A DNA stretch of 64,000 bases from Macrostomum hystrix (GCA_950097015.1 CATNEN010000038.1:35216001-35280000), one strand, 5' to 3'; shown: positions 12,936-25,843, counted from the stretch's first letter. The notes: generated by a model from the letters alone, not told the origin. Numbers and translations: made by a program.

Positions 12936-13170
12936 CACCACTTTCAGGCTGCAAATATCTAATATGACTACTACGAGTAGCATAGAAAGTAGTTTGCTAT
13001 TTTTTATTTAAAAATTGCAAAGAATCATGCACATGCGAATCATATTTTACCTCAAAATTTTAAATAGTTTTCTTTTTTATTTGAATAAAACAAAATGATC
13101 GTTAATACGATTCTTGTCGATGACAAGGACAACTAACATTGCTGTGTATAAACAACCCTATCCAAATCTC

Positions 13171-13703
13171 TATCTATCTATCTTATCTATCTATTTGCAG
13201 GGGGGCCCGGGGCACTTGTCGCACAAGCGACGGAGCGGCACGCCCCCAGACCGGCGAACTAGGCACCCAGGCACCCAGAATAGGCAGCAGTGCCCCCCCA
13301 CCCCAGCCCCACACGCACAGAGCAGACCAAGCCGGGGCGGAAGGCTGATAAGAAATCAGTCCTCAGGGGGGGGCCGGTTGATGAGTGTACACTTATCCAA
13401 TCGCGCTGACGGAAGTCCAGAAAGTGCGCGGCGGTGTACACCCGCCCTCCAGCCACCCCCCGCAAGGTCTCACGCCCCAGCGCCAACGCACACAACTCAC
13501 ACAACGCAGAACAGGCACACAGAAGGCGGGAGCGAAGCTATTTTTCAAGCTTTGATTGCACGAAATATGGTGCACCTCCGCCGGTCGCTACTGTCCAAAC
13601 CCCCCAACAAGTCCCGAAATTAATCGTGACTTGAAGGGTGAATCGAACTAGCGTCCTTTGGAGTGCGAGGCAGCGACGTTAGCCGCTGACCCACTCGCCC
13701 CCT
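13171..13703 (-). mobile_element. tRNA-derived SINE family B (~530 bp) with (GATA)n tail and 13-bp TSD
   Basis: Minus-strand head GGGGCGAGTGGGTCAGCGG..GTTCGATTC (A/B boxes); (TATC)n tail at 13171-13193; perfect direct repeat CTATCCAAATCTC at 13158-13170 and 13704-13716. Confidence 0.8.
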
Positions 13704-14319
13704 CTATCCAAATCTCACTATCCTCATAAAGCAAGTTATTAAATAAAATAAGCAACTCAATTACCAGCTCGTTTCTCTTTTTTTTGCCAGGCCTTCTTTA
13801 CTTCACGGACTAATCTAGGTGAAACAATGTATATTTGAATTCTCAAACTGCAAATAGATTAGCTTAATAATAGTCACAGCGATCAGAAGACAGATAATGA
13901 AATCTGTAAATTCCCATAGCAACCGCCTACCGAAGCTTAGCTAATAGAAATAAACAGTTTTCATATCTACTTTGACAGCTCGTGCGTGAAAAAAAGATGT
14001 GCTGCGTGAAAACACCTTCTGCGATTGGCCCTAAGAATTCTCGTTCGATTGAGAAATTAAAAAACAATTTTTATTGAACGAAAATCAAATGAACTTAATT
14101 CCGATATTGCTAGCCAATCGCAGACAAGGTCAAACGTTGTTTTGAATTTCTTGGCGTGCAATCCGGTGCGTCTGTTCAACTGGCTATAACTAATTAACCT
14201 GTCAAATCTCCTCTGAGGGACATAAGCCAGATCTTTTGCTGCAGCTAAGCATATCATCCAATAATTTATTCTGAGTTCCCATCCTGTCCTAACAATTCCT
14301 TCATCAAAATCTAATTGTT

Positions 14320-14560
14320 TAGATCTCAACTCTCCCACATCTAATCCTCATAAATCTCAACTCTCCCACATCTAATCCTCATAAATCTCAACTCTCACAT
14401 ATCTAATCCTCATAAATCTCAACTCTCCCACATCTAATCCTCATAAACCTCATCTCTCCCACATCTAATCCTCATAAACCTCATCTCTCCCACATCTTAT
14501 CCTCATAAACCTCATCTCTCCCACATCTTATCCTCATAAATCTCAACTCTCATATATCTC
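14320..14560. repeat. 31-bp minisatellite just downstream of the opsin stop codon
   Basis: Unit TCTAATCCTCATAAATCTCAACTCTCCCACA. Confidence 0.9.
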
Positions 14561-14614
14561 ATCTCTCAGTCTCAATCACAGTTGAACTCATCTGCCAGAG
14601 ATTCCTCCGCGCAG

Positions 14615-17600
14615 TCACACTCGATCTGTCTCGAAGCTCCTGTTGTCGTTGCCCTCGGTGATGGCCGGCGGGGCGGCTTTCATTTCGCCGTCATCGTGAC
14701 CGCCGGGGCCACGCTGGCTAGGAAAGCCGCTGTCCTTCTCGGTGTCTCGCCTCGAGAACTTGCTGCCGCCACTGCTAGTCGCCTCACGCTCCTAAATTAG
14801 TCGAAGGTCGTTGTGGATGATTTTACAGCTGGTAGAATGAAACACATTGAAATTAATTGTCTTTTTCATGGACATCTATTGTACCAAGAATCGAACTCCA
14901 AACGCTATGAAAATCCAGAAAGTGGGGTCTTCGACAAAATCGCTGAACATCTCGACGATATCTCTGACGTCGGACGGCTTTGAAAGTTAAGTTCATCGTA
15001 GTTATGGGTGAAAAATTTTGATTCATGTGGTGGACTTTCACGAAAATCGGTCATTCGGTATTCGAAATACACCGTGGTATTTTCCCAAGGGGGAAAATAG
15101 TGTGTTCTTTCTGCTGTTGATAAGATTACCTTAGCCTTGGGTGGGCAGCAGCAGAGAAGCCACGGGAATTTCTTCTCGAGAACGGCTCGAAATTTCGGAT
15201 GGCTCAGCGAGTAGATGATCGGATTGTAGATTGCTGAGGTCTTGGCAGCCAGAACCGGCAGCTCTGCGGTGTACGGGTTCAGATGGTCCCGCTTCCCAAT
15301 CAGGGATAGGAAGGCCACGATGGCGTACGGAGTCCAGCTGAGTATGAACAGCGAGATTGTGATCAGGGCGATCTTGGCCGTCTTCAGGTCGTTTTTTTGA
15401 TCGGCTACGGGGGTCGATTAAAAATACGCAGCTTTTTAAATACTAAAGTTAAATTTTTACTGTACGCCAATTAGCAATTTATACATATTTCTCATAAGTC
15501 AATTCAGAATGTTAATGTATCAATTCAGATTTCTCATAGATCAAAGCTCATTTCTCATCGATCAAAGCACATTTCCTGATAGATCAATGAAAATTTCTCG
15601 TAGATCAATGCACAATTCACATACATCAATGCACATTTCTCATGTCAATTCTCACCGGATTTCATGCTGTGGCCGCCCATCCTGGTGGCCATCTTGATCA
15701 GCTCCAGTTCGTGATTGCGAACGGCTCGTACAATTTTGTAATAGCAAAAGAAAATGATGGACAGCGGCAGCATAAAGCCGCAGGAGTACATCAGTCCGCT
15801 AAAGATCAGGTTGCCCTTGTCCTGGCTCAGGTAGTCAAAGGTGCAGGATGTCTGAAAGCCTTCGGGAACATAATAACCTGGAGGAAGAGGCAAAAAAATT
15901 GTGAACAGAAGTTTATATCAGTGTTTGTCTCGCATAACGGGCGAAGTGACGTAGCTTTCTAAAATTAGCATAAAAAGTGGGATTGGTTGGGACAGCGGCG
16001 TGAGGTGGGTGTCCGAATGCTGCAGCCAATAGAAGTGATGCTACATCTGCCGTGACAATTTCGTCATCAGACGTGACGTAATTTGATATAAATAGCATCC
16101 TAGGGCAGTTTATAGATAGAATGGGGGCGTGAGGCGGGCGTACGAATGTACATTTATGGCTGCAGCCAATGAGAAGTGAGCCAGGGTGCACAGTGCAGGC
16201 GACAAATTACCGTATCCGAAGAATGGCGGAATGGTCCAAAGCAGCGACAGCGACCAGGCCAGGAACACCATGACAGCGGCCCGGGTGTAAGTCAGCCGCT
16301 TCAACGCTTCGAACGGCTGGGCGATGACAAAGTAGCGATCCATGGAGATCAGCGCCAGCGTGTGGATCGATACCATGCCGAATACACCGCCCAGGAAGCC
16401 ATAGAGCTCACAGGCTGCTCACGGGAATCAGCGACAACTGGTTTGTGCCTTTGCCATACACAACAGTTTAAACTTGACTCAATAGAATGAGCATGCTCTA
16501 ACTCACCCAGCCTGCCCCAGGCCCAGCGCCCGTTGAAACTCGAGATGGTTAGCAGGGGGAAGCCCTGGATGGCCGAGAACGACAGGTCGGAGATTGCCAG
16601 ATTCACCAGGAAGAAGTTTGGCGGTGTGCGCAGCGCCTTCGTGCTGCAGTGGGATACGAAAGGTTCAGTTGGAATTGTTCAGCATCAGTTAACTCGCGAG
16701 CTAGCTGCCCGAACCTGTCTGCTCTGCCGTCTAATGCCCTGATTCTCCCCTTTCTTCTTCCTCTCCTTTTGAAATCCTAATCTCTTCCTTGAAATCCCAC
16801 TGTCTCTCTATTTGAAATCACACTCTTTTTCCTAAAATCCCACAGTCTCTCTTTGAAATCCCACTCTCTTCCTTTAAAATCCCACTCTCTCTCTCTTTAA
16901 AATCCCACTCTTTTCCCTGAAATCTTACTCTCTCTCTTTGAAATCCCACTCTCTCTCTTTGAAATCCCAATCTCTCTCTTTGAAATCCCACTCTCTTCCA
17001 TTAAAATCCCACTCTTTTCCCTGAAATCCCACTCTCTCTCTCTTTGAAATCCCACTCTCTCTCTCTTTGAAATCCCACTCTTTTCACTGAAATCCCACTC
17101 TTTTCACTGAAATCCCACTCTTTTCACTGAAATCCCACTCTTTTCACTGAAATCCCACTCTTTTCACGGAAATCCCACTCTTTTCACTGAAATCCCACTC
17201 TTTTCACTGAAATCCCACTCTTTTCACTGAAATCCCACTGTCTCTCTTTGAAATCGCAATGTCTCCCTTTGAAATCCTACTCTCTTTCTCTTTAAAATCC
17301 CACTCTTTTCCATGAAATCCCGCTGTCTCTCTTTGAAATCCCAATCTCTCTCTTTAAAATCCCACTCTCTCTCTCTTTGAAATCCCACTCTCTCTCTCTT
17401 TAAAATCCCACTCTCTCTCTCTTTGAAATCCCACTTTTTTCACTGAAATCCCACTCTTTTCACTGAAATCCCACTCTTTTCACTGAAATCCCACTCTTTT
17501 CACTGAAATCCCACTCTTTTCACTGAAATCCCACTCTTTTCACTGAAATCCCACTCTTTTCACTGAAATCCCACTCTTTTCACTGAAATCCCACTCTTTT

Positions 17601-17966
17601 CACTGAAATCCCACTCTTTTCACTGAAATCCCACTCTTTTCACTGAAATCCCACTCTTTTCACTGAAATCCCACTGTCTCTCTTTGAAATCCCACTCTCT
17701 CTTTAAAATCCCACTCTCTTCCCTTCTACTCACGTCATGAAGATAAACAGGACCAGAAGGTTGCCAATGTCGCCAATGATGCCGACAACGCTGATGTAGA
17801 TGCCCACCAGGTAGTGGTGCAGCTCCGGCACAGGCGGGAACTGGCGCCAGAACGGATGGATGATGGCCTCGAACTCCGGGTCCCAGGCCCAGAAGCGCTG
17901 GTCGGTGGTGGTGCCATTCTGGCCCCAGGCGGCCAAGCTGGAAGGTGTGAAGCCGCTGGTTGTCAT
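14615..17966 (-). CDS. Rhabdomeric (Gq-coupled) opsin, ~415 aa
   Basis: Exons 17966-17734 (HPFWRQFPP), 16643-16507 (LRTPPNFFLVNLAISD), 16414-16211 (CELYG..MDRY), 15877-15656 (YVPEGFQTSCTFDY, E181 counterion), 15404-15130 (SWTPY..AAKTSAIYNPIIYSLSHPKFR: retinal Lys296, NPxxY, HPK r-opsin motif, CCC), 14791-14615 (tail). All junctions GT-AG and phase-consistent. Confidence 0.96.
16770..17722. repeat. ~20-bp intronic minisatellite (GAAATCCCACTCTTTTCACT)n in opsin intron 1
   Basis: Tandem units reaching to within about 12 nt of the donor at 17733. Confidence 0.95.
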
Positions 17967-18419
17967 GGCGACGTTTCGCTGAGCGCTTCCCCCCACCTGC
18001 CGGATGAGTATTTTGTGGCGGCACCTGCAGACTTCCAATTTATAGGCGAGGTCCGGGCGTGTCTGAGGTATTGGTCACGTGACTGAGGGGATTTGTGTCA
18101 CGATTCGAAGGCCCAAGGGGAGGCAGTTTTGATGCCCGCCGCGTGACGGCTGGGAACTCTGTGTGCTCAAATTTCACCAACCAACCGACAGGCGCGAATT
18201 GTTTCGATAAGAAAAAATATGTGGAAGTAGAAAGTATCTTTCTGATGTAAAATTGATGCAAAAAGTCAACAAGAAAAAACATGCGAAAGAAATGAATGGA
18301 CAGTTGCTGAATTGCTAGACGCGAAAATCAAAGGAACAAAGCAAAACAGGTGCGTGAACTTTGGATCTTAGAAATAACAACGGGATAGAGCAGACTGGTG
18401 TGATTGGATAAAGGGGAGT

Positions 18420-19470
18420 TGGGGATTTAAAGAGGATAGAAGATGGATGCGGGTTTAGAGGGGAGAAAGGAGAGATGGGATTTAAAGAGGAGAGATGGGG
18501 ATTTAGAGAGAAGAGAGGGGAGATTGGGGGTTTAGACAGGAGAGAGGGGAGATTAGGGATTTAGACAGGAGAGAGGGGAGACTGGGGGTTTAGACAGGAG
18601 AGAGGGGAGATTAGGGATTTAGACAGGAGAGAGGGGAGACTGGGGATTTAGACAGGAGAGAGGGGAGATTGGGGGTTTAGACAGGAGAGAGGGGAGATTA
18701 GGGATTTAGACAGGAGAGAGGGGAGACTGGGGATTTAGACAGGAGAGAGGGGAGATTGGGGGTTTAGACAGGAGAGAGGGGAGATTAGGGATTTAGACAG
18801 GAGAGAGGGGAGATTGGGGATTTAGACAGGAGAGAGGGGAGATTGGGGATTTGGACAGGAGAGAGGGGAGATTGGTGATTTAGACAGGAGAGAGGGGAGA
18901 CTGGGGATTTAGACAGGAGAGAGGGGAGATTGGGGGTTTAGACAGGAGAGAGGGGAGATTGGGGATTTAGACAGGAGAGAGGGGAGACTGGGGGTTTAGA
19001 CAGGAGAGAGGGGAGATTAGGGATTTAGACAGGAGAGAGGGGAGACTGGGGATTTAGACAGGAGAGAGGGGAGACTGGGGATTTGGACAGGAGAGAGGGG
19101 AGATTGGGGATTTGGACAGGAGAGAGGGGAGATTGGTGATTTAGACAGGAGAGAGGGGAGACTGGGGATTTAGACAGGAGAGAGGGGAGATTAGGGATTT
19201 AGATAGGAGAGAGGGGAGACTGGGGATTTAGACAGGAGAGAGGGGAGACTGGGGATTTGGACAGGAGAGAGGGGAGATTGGGGATTTAGACAGGAGAGAG
19301 GGGAGACTGGGGATTTAGACAGGAGAGAGGGGAGACTGGGGATTTGGACAGGAGAGAGGGGAGATTGGGGATTTAGACAGGAGAGAGGGGAGACTGGGGA
19401 TTTGGACAGGAGAGAGGGGAGACTGGGGATTTAGAGAGGAGAGAGAGGGGAGACTGGGGATTTAGAGAGG
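18420..19470. repeat. 29-bp G-rich minisatellite (GATTGGGGATTTAGACAGGAGAGAGGGGA)n
   Basis: Direct tandem periodicity. Confidence 0.95.
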
Positions 19471-19739
19471 AGAGTGGAAAGATGGAGATCAGACAGAAGT
19501 GTGAGGGAGATTGGGAAGGCAGTATTTCTGGCCGATGTTAGGTCATATTTCGCAGAACTAAAAGTCGCAGACTTCAGGTAGGATTGCCCGAATCTCTGGA
19601 AGAACATTTCAACCGCACCCATGATGTCAAAGTGAGTTGACGAGGCTAAATTTGGAATCCGCAGAAATGGGACACCCTAGTGCACCCACCCAAACTGCAT
19701 CACAACTCAGCTGTGGACCCTAGATCCTAAAAGATGAGA

Positions 19740-20105
19740 TGTTGCTGACACTACTGTTGCTGACACTACTGTTGCTGACACTACTGTTGCTGACACTACT
19801 GTTTCTGACAATACTATTGCTGACACTACTATTGCTGACACTACTGTTGCTGACACTACTGTTGCTGACACTATTGTGCTACTGTTTCTGACACTATTGT
19901 GCTACTGTTACTGACACTATTCTGCTACTGTTACTGACACTATTGTGCTTCTGTTACTGACACTATTCTGCTGCTGTTACTGACACTATTGTGCTGCTGT
20001 TTCTGACACTATTGTGCTACTGTTACTGACACTATTCTGCTACTGTTACTGACACTATTCTGCTGCTGTTACTGACACTATTCTGCTGCTGTTTCTGACT
20101 CTATT
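19740..20105. repeat. 15-bp then 23-bp minisatellite (CTGACACTA core)
   Basis: GTTGCTGACACTACT units turn into GTTACTGACACTATTCTGCTACT units. Confidence 0.9.
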
Positions 20106-20415
20106 GTTCGATTTTTTTTATTACTAAAGGAGAGAGGGCTTTTACGAGACAGAGCACTCGTAAAACAGTAAGATAATTTGTAGAAAAAAAATAAAAAAAG
20201 TTCAACAAATTTTTTATGGATGCGTTACTTGGTTACCTCGAGTAGGATTTATATTTAAAGTCAAATTTGTTAAAGTTGAAGTTTATTTGCTGTCCGGAAT
20301 TCAACAGTGCGTAGAAATATTTTTTGGATAAAAGTGTGTACCGAAGTACTTGTAGTAGTAAGTAGTGCAATTAATAAAACCGAAAACCGCTGATCAGAGG
20401 CATCCGAGCTTCAAT

Positions 20416-22758
20416 TCAATTCAAGCAGCTGCTGACCCTGCTCCAATAGCTGACCGTGCGCTCAATCTTGCAACCCTTGGGACCGCCATTGTGAATCCTT
20501 GCGTAGTCCTGACAATGTCATCAGGTTATAGTATATGTTAGCATTCACTTCTTCATAGTTCGTTTGTCCAATTTCAAAAGGAACTTGCAATCAATAAATC
20601 AATTCCCACCTCAAAGGTTGGCTCCTGACCGCCAGTGCAATACTTGCCGTAGCGCTCGAAATAGTTAAGCATAGTTCTCTTTGAGCAGTCCATGTTGTTG
20701 GCCCCCGTGGTGCAGGTCATCCAGTCTGAAATTAAAAAATAGACAAATAATGGGAAACATGTCACACATTCATACTCACTGTCACACATTCATACTGTCA
20801 CACATTCATACTCACTGTCACACATTCATACTCACTGTCACACATTCATACTCACTGTCACGCATTCACACTCACTGTCACACATTCACACTCACTGTCA
20901 CACATTCATACTCACTGTCACACATTCATACTCACTGTCACACATTTATACTCACTGTCACACATTCATACTGACTGTCACGCATTCACACTCACTGTCA
21001 CACATTCATACTCACTGTCACACATTCATACTCACTGTCACACATTCATACTCACTGTCACACATTCATACTCACTGTCACACATTCATACTCACTGTCA
21101 CACATTCATACTCACTGTCACACATTCATACTCACTGTCACACATTCATACTGACTGTAACACATTCACACTCACTGTCACACATTCATACTGTCACACA
21201 TTCATACTCACTGTCACACATTCATACTGACTGTCACGCATTCACACTCACTGTCACACATTCATACTCACTGTCACACATTCATACTCACTGTCACACA
21301 TTCATACTGTCACACATTCATACTCACTGTCACACATTCATACTCACTGTCACACATTCATACTCACTGTCACACATTCATACTCACTGTCACTCATTCA
21401 TACTCACTGTCACACATTCATACTCACTGTCACACATTCATACTCACTGTCACACATTCATACTCACTTTTACACATTCACACCCATTGTATTAGTGTGT
21501 ACCTCATTGTCACAAATTCATGCTTACTGTCACACATTCACACTCACTGTCAGAAACAAAGCTAGTCAAACAATCTGAGAACATGCTCACCGCCGCCAAT
21601 TGTCTGCCGAGCAAACTCTGACGCATCTTGCCAATACACACTCTTGATCTGGTAGGGGCCGCAAGACAAAGTGTCCGGATCATTCACACAGCCGATTTCG
21701 CGGTTACAATTTGACTCAGCTTCGCAGATGCAGCGAAAGAATTTGTCTGGCAGATCTGGCACACCTGAGAATGTATTAAGAATTGTGCTCTTGTAAATCA
21801 GAGCACATTTACTCCGTGTCTAAACTCTCCAATCTTCGTCAAACAAACTCCACTTCCTGTGTTTAACATCTCCTACCTTTGTCTAACATAACCATTCCCT
21901 GGGTCTAACATCTCCAATCCATGTCTAACATATCCATCTATAATCTGCCTAACACCTATACTACATTTCTAACTCCTTAACTCTATATCTAACACCTCAA
22001 CTCCATGTCTGACATCTTGACCCCATGTCTCACACCTATACTACTTGTCAAACACCTCAACTCCATGTCTAACATCTTGACCCCATGTCTCACACCTATA
22101 CTACTTGTCTAACACCTCAACTCCATGTCTAACATTTTAAGCCCATGTCTCACACCTATACTACTTGTCTAACACCTCAACTCCATGTCTAACATTTTTA
22201 GCCCATGTCTCACACCTATACTACTTATCTAACACCCCAACTCCATGTCTAACATCTTAACCCCATGTCTCACACCTATAATACTTGTCTAACACCTCAA
22301 CTCCATGTCTAACATCTTAACCCTATGTCTCACACCTATACTACTTGTCTAACACCTCAACTCCATGTCTAACATTTTAAGCCTATGTCTCACACCTATA
22401 CTACTTGTCTAACACCTCAACTCCATGTCTAACATCTTAACCCCATGTCTCACACCTATACTACTTGTCTAACACCTCAACTCCATGTCTAACATCTTAA
22501 CCTCATGTCTCACACCTATACTACTTGTCTAACACCTCAACTCCATGTCTAACATCTTAACCCCATGTCTCACACCTATACTACTTGTCTAACACCTAAA
22601 CTCCATGTCTTCTAACACCTAAAATTCACGCAAAGCACATAACATGCCAAAAATCGCATGTTTATATGAAAGTTTTACTCACCAAGCACAAAATGATTGC
22701 CAATAAAAGCAATATATACTGCGAAAATCAAAGCAACTGCACCTGCAATTCGAGCCAT
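20416..22758 (-). CDS. Invertebrate (i-type) lysozyme / destabilase, 152 aa, secreted
   Basis: Exons 22758-22683 (signal peptide MARIAGAVALIFAVYIAFIG), 21764-21591 (CICEAESNC..GCVND..LSCGPYQIKSVYWQD), 20725-20610 (WMTC..C..YFERY), 20508-20416 (DYARIHNGGPKGC..YWSRVSSC*). AATAAA on the minus strand at 20282-20287. Confidence 0.95.
20758..21552. repeat. 20-bp intronic minisatellite (CACATTCATACTCACTGTCA)n
   Basis: Fills lysozyme intron 2. Confidence 0.95.
21900..22620. repeat. 60-bp compound intronic minisatellite (TCTAACA/TCTCACA cores)
   Basis: 60-bp periodicity visible as aligned lines; fills lysozyme intron 1. Confidence 0.93.
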
Positions 22759-23634
22759 TGTTAATGCAATAAAACAGAGAACAAATAATAGTTTACGTGT
22801 GTCAAGAATGGCTTAACACTCCCTTAAACTTTGGTTGTTTTTATTGAACGCAGAAATGCACTTAATAAGGACTGCCAAGGTGTGAATAGTTTTAGGTCAC
22901 TATGTTTGGCTGGCGCAATTATTTATATAAAAATATTATTGATTTCAGCGCGAACTGAACAATCGTACTTTATGAATTATTTCTTATCTCACCTGCAAAG
23001 TCACCTCTAGACTGCTAGCCTATAGAGGTTGGTCACGATAAGTGAGTGATTGCGTAATCTTTAGCCCTTTATCGCCTTCGGGTGCTGTCTAATAACAAGT
23101 TTGGCTAAAGGTGTTAAAAATGTTTATAGTGCTATAAACTCATTATATCCTGTTTTGAAATGAGCATTTATCTACGAGCCGTAACAGGCATTTTTGTCAG
23201 TTCAATTAAATTAAAGTAAAATTAATTATATTTAACCATTTCCATTGATGGCAGTGGCGGCAACTTAAAGTTAGGATTGTTGCCACTCTTTCCTATGAAG
23301 CCAATTTCCTTCCTTTTTCATTAAATTCTAGTCACTTTCATTTGGTATTCATTTCATTTCATTTTACCTGAAAATGACTCAGTATGCTACTGAGTAGTGC
23401 TGTACGAGTATATGCGTATCTAAGATTTTTTAGTTGGCAAAGCCTTACATTGGCAGAATTTTTGTTACCAAGGTTGACGGTATTGCTAGAGTACTGCGTT
23501 GCAACTTCAGTCCATATTGAAGTTTTTACCTTCTAGTAGTGACTTGGGGATAGGCAGGACACCAAAACCAGACGGAATGACATGCCACAAAAACTGTCAA
23601 AAAGTTACCCAGAAACAGAGAAACAGTCAAACGG

Positions 23635-24275
23635 TACAGACAGATGGACACCCCGAACAGACAGATAGACAGCCAAAACAGACAGATGGACAGCCAAAAC
23701 AGACAGATGGACAGCAAAAACAGACAGATGGACAGCCAAAACAGACAGATGGACATCCAAAACAGACAGATGGACAGCCAAAACAGACAGATGGACAGCC
23801 AAAACAGACAGATGGACAGCCAAAACAGACAGATGGACAGCCAAAACAGACAGATGGACAGCCAAAACAGACAGATGGACAGCCAAAACAGACAGATGGA
23901 CAGCCAAAACAGACAGATGGACACCCAAAAAAGACAAATGGACAGCCAAAACAGACAGATGGACAGCCAAAACAGACAGATGGACAGCAAAAACAGACAG
24001 ATGGACACCCAAAAAAGACAAATGGACAGCCAAAACAGACAGATGGACACCCAAAACAGACAGATGGACAGCCAAAACAGACAGATGGACAGCCAAAACA
24101 GACAGATGGACACCCAAAACAGACAGATGGACAGCCAAAACAGACAGATGGACAGTCAAAACAGACAGATGGACACCCAAAAAAGACAGATGGACATCCA
24201 AAAAAGACAGATGGACAGCCAAAACAGACAGATGGACAGCCAAAACAGACAGATGGACACCCAAAAAAGACAGAT
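23635..24275. repeat. 21-bp minisatellite (CAGACAGATGGACAGCCAAAA)n
   Basis: Direct tandem periodicity. Confidence 0.95.
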
Positions 24276-24294
24276 TGATGTCCGGAAATAAGGG

Positions 24295-25112
24295 AGACAC
24301 CTGGAAAAGACAAGCAGACACCAGGAACAGACAAGCAGACACCGGGAACAGACAAGCAGACACCTGGAACAGACAAGCAGACACCAGGAACAGACAAGCA
24401 GACACCAGGAACAGACAAGCAGACACCAGGAACAAACAAGCAGACACCAGGAACAGACAAGCAGACACCAGGAACAGACAAGCAGACACCAGGAACAGAC
24501 AAGCAGACACCAGGAACAGACAAGCAGACACCTGGAACAGACAAGCAGACACCAGGAACAGACAAGCAGACACCAGGAACAGACAAGCAGATACCTGGAA
24601 CAGACAAGCAGACACCAGGAACAGACAAGCAGACACCTGGAACAGACAAGCAGACACCTGGAACAGACAAGCAGACACCTGGAAAAGACAAGCAGACACC
24701 AGGAACAGACAAGCAGACACCTGGAACAGACAAGCAGACACCAGGAACAGACAAGCAGACACCAGGAACAGACAAGCAGACACCGGAACAGACAAGCAGA
24801 CACCTGGAACAGACAAGCAGACACCTGGAACAGACAAGCAGACACCAGGAACAGACAAGCAGACACCAGGAACAGACAAGCAGACACCAGGAACAGACAA
24901 GCAGACACCAGGAACAGACAAGCAGACACCAGGAACAGACAAGCAGACACCAGGAACAGACAAGCAGACACCAGGAACAGACAAGCAGACACCAGGAACA
25001 GACAAGCAGACACCGGAACAGACAAGCAGACACCAGGAACAGACAAGCAGACACCAGGAACAGACAAGCAGACACCAGGAACAGACAAGCAGACACCAGG
25101 AACAGACAAGCA
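24295..25112. repeat. 21-bp minisatellite (GGAACAGACAAGCAGACACCA)n
   Basis: Direct periodicity; a related short array lies in reverse orientation at ~35680-35810. Confidence 0.95.
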
Positions 25113-25447
25113 GTCAAACTATATACAAGCGCACCCAATTATTTATTTACTAAATTCTTTCAACTTTAGTCCACAGAAATACGTATTTAGTGAGCTAAGA
25201 CAAGTAAGCGAAAAGACAGAACTCTATGAAAACTCAGCTGTGAAAACAGGTCGTTAAGGTTTCGCTTGGACGTTAAGTTTCCTTGGCCCGGCAAAGCACA
25301 TTAGTTTTATTTATCAATAATCTGACAGCGCTTAACAAATTACAACAACAAAGAAAATATCATTGCGCGTGGAATCAGGGATTCGGTATCGGGCGAGTCA
25401 GCTGTGAGATTCAGGAGTTCAGGAGGCAAGGACATCAGGGAATGTGG

Positions 25448-25843
25448 TCATCCGAAGCGCATCACATTGGGCCCGTAGCTCGAGCCGCCGCCGCCGCCGC
25501 CGCCACCGCGCTGCTGATGCTCGGCCTGCCTCGCGTGGTGCAGGTTTCTCAGCAGCGGCGAGATGAAGCTGAAGCCGCCGCGCCGTAGCCGCGGCAGCCC
25601 CCAGTCCGCCTGATCATCGCCGTCTTCTTCATCAGAGCTGCTGCTCGACTCGGCCAAGTCTGTGAGAGCGGCCGCCACAGCCAGACAGTCGGCAAAGTCA
25701 ACAGCCGAATGGCGCCAGTGAAACCGGAGGCAGTGATCGGCCGGCGATGCGGACACCGTCGAGGTCGCAGTCGGGGCCGCTGAGCCACAGGCCGGCAGGC
25801 AGCAGATCCCCACAAGGAGCAAAGTGACAGCTGAACGCATCAT
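25448..25843 (-). CDS. Neuropeptide precursor with a single C-terminal RFamide (..SYGPNVMRF-G-stop), 131 aa
   Basis: Signal peptide MMRSAVTLLLVGICCLPACGS, Cys-pair pro-region, acidic stretch, RR site, then peptide ending RFG* (Gly amide donor); AATAAA on minus strand at ~25306-25311. Start placed at Met 25843, not the ORF-track start. Confidence 0.88.
   Translation of the reverse strand: MMRSAVTLLLVGICCLPACGSAAPTATSTVSASPADHCLRFHWRHSAVDFADCLAVAAALTDLAESSSSSDEEDGDDQADWGLPRLRRGGFSFISPLLRNLHHARQAEHQQRGGGGGGGGSSYGPNVMRFG

Noticed and set aside
23499-25153. Repetitive ORFs (QTDGQPK, RQADTRN)
   Set aside because: Two 21-bp satellites open in many frames; no signal peptide or splice support.
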